The translations under genes were made by a program, and so were the position numbers. The notes beneath the pieces were generated by a model, which was not told where the DNA came from, ran no database searches, and saw nothing but the letters and a program-made list of their open reading frames with translations. A stretch of 59,792 nt of DNA from Parasitella parasitica NRRL 2501 (lineage: Eukaryota > Fungi > Mucoromycota), in the NCBI GenBank assembly GCA_025201805.1, contig MU619238.1, positions 452,644 to 512,435 of the forward strand. The letters are read 5' to 3'. Positions 51,527 through 59,792 of this stretch are shown here, piece after piece; within the stretch, counting starts at the first letter, position 1, and each line of letters starts with the position of its first letter.

Positions 51527-52244
51527 TAGAAGAGAAAGGCAGTAATGTCAAATGTTCTGAGGCGACTCTGTTAACTTTAAGAATCCGTCTCGTATCATCA
51601 TCGTGCTACTACTACCCCAAATCTTAAATAAATTACTGTACCTCCCCACTCTACCCAATTCCTCTTTCCTTTAAAACCATATACGAACTTAGTACCAATA
51701 GCAGTTCTGGTAATATCAATAGTTTAACAATGAATAAAAGCTGATCCCTTCTAAACAGCCTTTATTTTCGGATCTAACGTAGTCAAATCTAATCATGCAA
51801 ACTGCCGACTGTGAATTAAATCCGAAATTGAGATTTTTGATGAGCTTCACGATCAAGATTTATATCTGTTCTTGAAATATGTTTTAATGTTATGCTGAAG
51901 CAAAATTAAAAACAAAGTGAAAGTTACTCAAATTTTTATTACTGTTTTTGACCCTATTTAAATTTGGTCTATTTAACGCAAGTTCTTCTTGGCGAACGAG
52001 TCTCAAAACTTCTAACTGCCTCCATGATTTTCCGAAGGGAGTTGTCATGTACATACGCATTTTCGCTCTAAGTACTTTAATACACATAGATGACAATTGT
52101 CTGCTACACCGTTTTTAGCATTAAAGACTGACGTAGTACATGTCAGCGTGATTCGCACTGCTAAAATGCATTATTTAGCTAATTTTTTTTTTGTTCCTCT
52201 TTATTCCTTTCTATATTTTGCAAGATAAACAAAGCAAAGGTAAA

Positions 52245-53021
52245 ATGTCCAACGTACCTGATTACTATTCCATTCTTAAAATACCTTGCGATGCATCGCA
52301 TGATGATATTCGTGAAGGTAAGTTTACGATGATTTAATGCCAAGCACTTTAAGCAAACGAATTTCATTCTAGCTTACAAGAAACAAGCTCTTTTAAGCCA
52401 TCCTGATCGCTTGCCCAAAACCGCTACGCATGCAGAGCGAGAAGAGGCTACCAGAGAATTCCAACTAATCGCTGATGCTTATTATATCCTGGGTGATCGT
52501 TCAAGAAAGAAATCCTATGACAAGTCTCGAGCTGAAAACCATGGCCGTTTTGCTTCATTTGCATCAGCAATGCCGAACACTTCTACAACACAGGCAAATC
52601 AAATTTTTGGAAACATTTTTGAGGAACTGCTAAAGCCTGAAGGTACGTGTTTATAACTTTTCAAACTGAGAGAAAAGGAGGGATTCTCAAGTATGCGTAT
52701 ATAGTTGAGCATCCTTCGCACGTTTGGAGAGTATTTGGAGCCTGCTCAGGTGCAGTTTTAGGTTTCATCATTGGTAATGTGCCTGGAGCAGCAGTCGTAA
52801 GTATATTTGGGACATTTCATGAGGTCGTACCGAGTCTAATGCAGCATTTCTTATGTGTATAGGGTGCGCTAGCTGGAAAAACATTAGGCCAAGTAAGAGA
52901 CCACAAAGGTGTTTCTGTTTACACAGCTTTCCAAAAATTGAATATGGATCAAAGACGAGATATTTTAACTGGTTTATTGGCAAAATTTGTTACGGCAGGT
53001 GCATCAGGCATGATGAAATAA
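52245..53021 (+). CDS. DnaJ-domain protein with Gly-rich hydrophobic C-terminal segment, 4 exons
   Basis: DYYSILKI...AYKKQALLSHPDR...FQLIADAYYILGD (HPD motif) and GAVLGFIIGNVPGA. Confidence 0.9.
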
Positions 53022-53034
53022 AATACCCCTCTTT

Positions 53035-53785
<751 letters not shown>

Positions 53786-54496
53786 TATATTGGATTGGTA
53801 TACAGCGTGGTAAAAAAAAAAGTAAAAAGTGGCCTCTGAACTATTAATGCCTAAATACTCAATACACGATCAATTTTAAAGTTTGTAGCCATGCGTGATA
53901 TGCGTGTGTGCATATGAAACACCATCATCGCTTAACCCTATAGATTCAACTCATCCAGAATGTGGATAGAGTAAGCTAGATTTACACCTGTATTCAGCGT
54001 AAACATATACTGCCAAATTTTCATCATTATAGCAATGCTCAGCTTATAATAGAGTATTCAGTCAAATGCACGCCATACATTTGTGGAACAATAAAGTATT
54101 GTACCCTATATGCTCTTCTTCAAACTATACGATACACACCACGGCCAGTTCTGTATCGATACATGGTACACTTACAGATGGATATCGACCCCTTTTATTT
54201 CAAAGCTATATCCGGCATTTGATTCACAAAAGGTAAAACTAGTCAATCTAGACTCAATGAGAAAGGGTAATACAGCAATGGCTGGTGAAGATCACTCTCT
54301 CCAGGTATGAAAATAGCCCACAATGCATTCGGATAAATAAGGGCCTGATCTCAACTAACCCCTCAATTACCATCATATGAAACCCCCGCTAAACTGCTGC
54401 AAATTTTTTTCTACACATAGTTGTTGATAGAAAAGAATCACTGTGCAAATAAAGCCTACTATTGCTTTTTCCTCTTGCTTATTTTTTAAATCGTCA

Positions 54497-55084
54497 ATGG
54501 CATCGTTTGATACTACTCGGCTGTATCTAAATACAAAAAAACCAAAATATGGACAACCAGTCGTCATATATCGAGTGCCAGTACCGCTAGTCAGTGAAAG
54601 CTTCTACTTTAACCAAGAATCAATTCAGGTCAATGTATATTATAAATACCACAGTACAACAATCAATAAAGAATCTGACATTGCGTCTATTCACCTCACC
54701 AACAAGCGACTCGTACTAGTGTCGCAGTCAACAAGTATAGCGCCTGCAGACACCAGTCATTTTGATACATGCGAGATGCAATTGTCTGATTTTCAATCAC
54801 TCAAGTCCTGCGATACAAAAACGCATAAAAGAAGAATACGTTTTGATATTGAAACTATTCGAAATGAAACTATTAGATTGGACATTAAATTTAAGAACAA
54901 AAAGGACGCTAATAGACGAGAGTCCTTGAAAGAGTATATTAAAATGGCTACTTCGGCAATCACAGCTGGTCATCTACATTATTATCCACAACAGCAAATA
55001 TCACAGCCCCAGCAAGATAATCTACCATCTTATTTCGAAGCGACTCATGGTAATACACTTGCTGCTCCTCCTGCGTATAGCTAA
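54497..55084 (+). CDS. WBP2/GRAM-PH-like protein with PY motifs
   Basis: IHLTNKRLVLV GRAM-like strand; C-terminal LPSY and PPAY WW-binding motifs. Confidence 0.6.
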   Translation: MASFDTTRLYLNTKKPKYGQPVVIYRVPVPLVSESFYFNQESIQVNVYYKYHSTTINKESDIASIHLTNKRLVLVSQSTSIAPADTSHFDTCEMQLSDFQSLKSCDTKTHKRRIRFDIETIRNETIRLDIKFKNKKDANRRESLKEYIKMATSAITAGHLHYYPQQQISQPQQDNLPSYFEATHGNTLAAPPAYS

Positions 55085-55141
55085 AAATAAAATAAAATTG
55101 TATATTATTTATGATTTTATTAATAGTGAGATAATATTTAC

Positions 55142-58100
55142 CTAGTAGATATCCTCAGTTTTACGTCTATTTTTAACCACTTTTTTTGTGGCCCTGTTAC
55201 CGCTCAATGCCGGGTCAACGTGGTTCTGGTATACCTTGTACATTTGTGCTTTCAAGAAGGGTGCATTGCAAAACTTGGTATCTTCTTTTGTACTTGTTTG
55301 GGCTATTATATCGGCGATAGTTTCTTGTCTTACGTGCATACCATCAGTTTCTACGGATTTACCCAGTAAACATTCGTGTTGTTCGTTTTTTGTGCTTGAT
55401 AATATGTCGATTGTGTCCCATACTGTACAACTTATACCCTCGGATATCTTTTCTTCATGCGAAGGAGTCAAACATGTCATGTTGGGTTCTTTACGAAGAA
55501 CATGGTCGATATCTACAGCCGAAAAGAAGGCCACACTCTATAAATATATGTGGAAGTATTTTAGTTGCGGTAGAGCAATATGCAAGAAATCCAACTTTTA
55601 CCTGAGGTAAATCATGAATTCCCAACTTATAACTAAACAAAGCTCTTGTCCACACATTTGCTACTTGCAGTGCAAACGCCGTTCGATGCTGATCTTCCTC
55701 AGATGCCAGATAACGAACCTCATCATGCACAGAAAGCAAAAACCTTGCTTTGATCTGATACCTCTCGATTAAATGCGCCATTGACACGATCAGCAAATGA
55801 AGATAATCTACGCCTGAACTCTGGACTACCCAATTGATGCGAGATGTCAAAAATTGTGTTCCTGTATACTTTGGCTTGAGTGCATTCGTGATTGAACATC
55901 CTAGAACAGGCGTCTTGGGTTCTTTTGAGAGAGCAATATCTTCTAGTGCATTAAACATATAACTTTCGGACCCACCGTGCCAAAAAGGTTTTTTGAAGGG
56001 ATTCCGGGCTGAATGCTCCTTTTCGCCTTTTGTGCTGGAGTATAGCTCTGCTGCGCGGATCTTGGCTGCTTCCAAACTCATGCCCTGATTGTATTGCATC
56101 AGTAAACTAGTTGCATATTTTATTCCAGCGCCGTAAATTCTTGCATAATTGAAAATTTTGGCTTTGTCTCTGCTAATACCTAAAATTTGCGCAGTTTTTG
56201 AATGAAGATCAGTACCTTCAGATTTAGTGCCTTGTAATGTCATCCATCCCAAAGCAGTGGCACCATGAAATCCAAATTGCGCATCGCCAATCACACTTGA
56301 TATCCAAAGTTCTTCCGAGTCCACATCAGCACCTACAATCTTATAACCTTCAGGTGCTTGAACCATCGATTTCAATTCAGAGCCAATGCGATTTAATTTA
56401 GCATTGCTTGCAGTCAACCAAGTTCTCTCCACTGCACGTCGAGTCACTGTTCCCATAGCAACCATCTGAGGTAAAATGATGCCATATTTCCCTTTGTCTT
56501 TTGGCGGAAGATGCATTTTGACTGTAGAGTTGGAGTCCCATACTACAAACTGATTTAAAATTCTCTCTCTAGAACTGATCCAATATGCTGATTTTGCGTT
56601 CAATTCTAATGCTTCTCGAGCTGCTTCATATTCAGATGTAAGAGTCTTATCTTCGAACGCACCTATGTAGCCCTTGGAAAGAGGATTTCCACAGTTGGCA
56701 GATTCTCCATCTTTATGAGGGACCTTCAAATAACAATAGTCCTTATCCTGCAGAACGGATTGTTTGATCTGAGTCTCATTCGCTTCCAATGCAGGTACTT
56801 TGTAACACCAGCCAGAAGCAGCGAGATAATGTAATGGATAATTATTCCACTTTAAACGTAGTAACAGAGGTGCGATTCTTGAGCGTGTGGTAATCTTGAG
56901 TTTCTGTGCTTTGGAATCATAAGCATCTTTGTACCACTTTGGCTGACCTTTTAGCTTTCGCTGCCGAGGGTTGACAAGCCAATCCAACTGACTCAACCAA
57001 GGATCATTTTCTCGTTCTTCAGACTGGTCCACAAGTGCTCTGGCCTTCTCGGCCAAATCACGCAGCTTAACGTCCAGCATGTCATCCAATTCCTTGTGTT
57101 TACCCGCAGATTTGGCTAGATAATCCTCCCATTTCTCTGTCACAGTTAAAAATGAACTTCCCATGTTGAGCATGCCCGTGAACGAAACTGGATGAGGGCA
57201 ATTTTTGCGAAAACGAGGAAACACAACTTTATAAATGTCATGCGTCAACTTGACATCTTGGGCACAGTAATTCATCAAGTCGTTAAAGTTGTTTTTGACA
57301 TCACTCAAGTCCCCCACTTCGAAATATGATCGTTGAGATTTATCCATTTCCACTTGACAGTAAAACTTTGCAACGTCCTTCAAACTGTTTAATGAACTCA
57401 CGTCGAAAAATTTGGTCTGGTCCAATCTGTCTGCAGTCGATACACCGTCCAATCTATCTTGGTCTCGTCGCTTAACTTCCATGTTCCAAGCTGGGCGTTG
57501 ATGCGAGCAGAGGCCAGCAACGGCTATATGTAAGCTCATGGTATCTACGTATCGAATGCTAGACTCCTGACGGCTGTATTCCTCGGCAATACGAGCACGA
57601 TCATACCCTACATTGTGTCCCACGACAATACGCTCCTTGTTGTTACTTCCAAAAGGTATTAATTGCTCTTTGTCTTTTGCTTCTCCCAAGAGATAAGGTG
57701 AAGTCCATGAATACCATGCCTCCTCTGATGCCACTACAGCAATGGTAGGGTAATTTCCTTCTGACATTAGAACTTCGACATCGAACACCAAAGCCGATTC
57801 CAATGGATGATCTACAGCATGCGATTTTCCGTCTTTGTATCTGGTCCATCCAGACACCTTCTTCCACTCTTTTGGCATGTCAGGTAAGTTAATTCTGGTC
57901 AATTGCTCGCACTGATCCAAATACGACGACGCTTGTTCTAACCCAATACGAATAAAATGCTCTTCTAGGTTGGCACCCAATAACTTGGGTAATTGGACGT
58001 CGATAGGTGAATTGATTTCATTCTTTTTCCCCCAAATATTTTGCAGTGTCAAATGTTCTTGAGCATAAGCTTCTTTAATTTTGGCTTCCTCACTCTTTTT

Positions 58101-58348
58101 ACCAGATGTCGAAATATAAGGTTGAAACAATTGCGACTGTAAATTGGGTGACAATAGCTGGACATGGGCAGGGTTTATTTTCACTTGTTTTATTTAAAAT
58201 TTTTGTTAGATATTACATGCATGTATTTAGTTGATGCAGAGAGTTCCTTACCTTGACTGTTACTATGCACACGGTTTGATGTTTGCAGATACCTCTTTAC
58301 AACACAGCGTTTTACAAGATTTTGAATTATGAATCTTTGTGGTATCAT
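55142..58348 (-). CDS. MIP1: Mitochondrial DNA polymerase gamma, 3 exons
   Basis: Exonuclease motifs FDVE, GHNVGYDRAR and YCAQDV; polymerase motifs VGADVDSEELW, KIFNYARIYGAG and HDEVRY; AFFSAVDIDHVLRKE; basic presequence exon. Confidence 0.96.
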
Positions 58349-58789
58349 TCAGAATCAAAAAGAAGTTTATAGTGTATATTTACAGGAACAAGGAAACAAA
58401 AGAGAAACAATGCTAATAAATAGTTTATGTATGTACAATGAAATTTTAAAAAAGAGGTGTCAAATTTGCAGGTCTCTCCCTGTTGAAATATCTTGAAAAG
58501 CAGCAGAAGGCCTGCCATTGCAGTCACGAAGGAATAAGATCCAAATTATAAACTGTTTGAATGCTCCACCCTTGATAGTCCAACACTGATCATTTCGTGT
58601 AGAGAAATCGGTTTTTTGCTTTTAGATTCTTCTGGTTTCTATCACTCCACCAAGGAGTCGTTTACTTTTGAAAGCTAAAACTGGGCTATGGATGACAAGA
58701 ACATTTTCCCAAATTTGGAAAGATACCGTATACAGTTAGCGCAACACTAAATGGCGGGGTTTAAAATTCTCATTAGACAGATTTTTTTT

Positions 58790-59060
58790 TTCCAACGGGC
58801 GGTTTTTGTTTTTCCAAAGGGCGGTTACAATTTTCTCAAAAGACGGTTACTGTTTTCTCAAAAGGCGGTCTCTTCGATTCTCAGTAAATATTTTTTACAG
58901 TTGTCTGTGACATTTTATTAGATAGGATTGCCTTTTAAGCAATCTTCAAATATGTTTTTAGAGTGTGCCAATTGAATTGAGAAAGAGTGTATTACTGGCT
59001 GTAAGAGCCCCATAAATAATTTACTTTAGGCTTTTTTTTTTCTCAAAAGGCGGATTTTTC
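58790..59060 (+). repeat. Degenerate ~22-bp repeat cluster (TTCYCAAARGGCGGTT-like)
   Basis: Four near-tandem copies at 58790-58872 and a fifth at about 59040-59056. Confidence 0.6.
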
Positions 59061-59135
59061 TTTTTTAGACAAACTGCCAAACTCGAGACAAAATGGCACA
59101 ACTTCCCAATTAAATTAGTTAGAATAGCATATTTA

Positions 59136-59792
59136 CAGCACTAAGCGTCCACCTCCCGTCCACTTTTTTTTTTTAGCAAGCGTCCACCTCCCGTCCACTT
59201 TTTTTTTTAGCAAGCGTCCACCTCCCGTCCACTTGAATGTCAAACCTAGAAATACAGATTACACATTCGCAAGCAGCTTGTATATTCTATGGCGATCCAT
59301 TAACTTCTGAAAATCAAATGTTAAATGAAGCAAAAATTGCCGCAATCCTGGATGTTGAACTTTGCTACATTGATACACCGTCAGAACCATATCTTCTCGC
59401 AAGTAAAAGAATCGATTTTTTTCCATTTAAGTACAAACGGTACCGTCATGCAGAATTAAGCTCACAATCTGAATTATTTGAAGAAACAATTGAAGAAGTA
59501 GATAATGAAACAAAAGATAACGTAGTCCGTAAGTGTTACTCCTATTTTCTTACTTGCTTATTAGATTCAATGACGAACCCTAACTTACTGAGGGAAGGAG
59601 TTTAACCGACTGCTACATTCTGCTCAATGCAACTACCAATTTTGTAATAAAATTTATTAAAATCTTTTTTCAGCCACGAAGATGTTTGAACGAAAAGATC
59701 ACATGGTTGGTGGACGGGAAGTGGACGCTTGCTCTAAATAAAAAGAAAAGTGGACGGGAGGTGGACGCTTGCTCTAAATAAAAAGAAAAGTG
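59136..59792 (+). mobile_element. Small non-autonomous DNA transposon-like element with inverted arrays of subterminal repeats; right end lies beyond the window
   Basis: AAGCGTCCACCTCCCGTCCACTT occurs three times (59143, 59178, 59212), with reverse-complement copies at 59710-59733, 59748-59773 and a third starting near 59788. Confidence 0.8.
59237..59605 (+). CDS. Short ORF inside the inverted-repeat element, possibly a truncated element-encoded protein
   Basis: 122-aa ORF starting 3 nt after the last left repeat; probable intron (GTAAGT near 59529 to TAG near 59563); no DDE motif seen. Confidence 0.45.
   Translation: MSNLEIQITHSQAACIFYGDPLTSENQMLNEAKIAAILDVELCYIDTPSEPYLLASKRIDFFPFKYKRYRHAELSSQSELFEETIEEVDNETKDNVVRKCYSYFLTCLLDSMTNPNLLREGV

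Noticed and set aside
59143-59234. Direct repeats resembling a CRISPR array
   Set aside because: The intervening sequences are near-identical poly(T)+AGC rather than unique spacers, the repeats recur inverted 500 bp away, the context is eukaryotic and no cas genes are present.

Overview
Gene-dense, AT-rich eukaryotic genomic DNA with short GT-AG introns. The gene set, intron style and intronless F-box/LRR genes suggest a mucoralean fungus (inference). About 20 protein-coding genes are supported: a pseudokinase, an alpha/beta hydrolase with PTS1, a zf-HIT protein, Pus1, an SDR, a DUF676 lipase, a C2 protein, glucosylceramide synthase, an FHA protein, Mam33, two F-box/LRR paralogs, ArgRS, Emp70/TM9SF, a Rad5/16-like SNF2 ATPase, a PMCA-type Ca2+ ATPase, a J-protein, cytidine deaminase, a WBP2-like protein, DNA polymerase gamma and two hypothetical proteins. 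There are also a decayed chromodomain-bearing Ty3/Gypsy pol, a Tc1/mariner fragment and a small inverted-repeat element at the right edge. The standout is a ~2 kb element (47482-49463, half of it an N gap) with PIF/Harbinger-type terminal inverted repeats and TTA on both flanks. It carries an internally deleted Fanzor1 (eukaryotic TnpB-like RNA-guided nuclease) gene followed by a structured, omegaRNA-like 3' region. It is inserted in the last codons of the Ca2+ ATPase gene and supplies that gene's stop codon. Exon boundaries were read by eye and no database searches were run.
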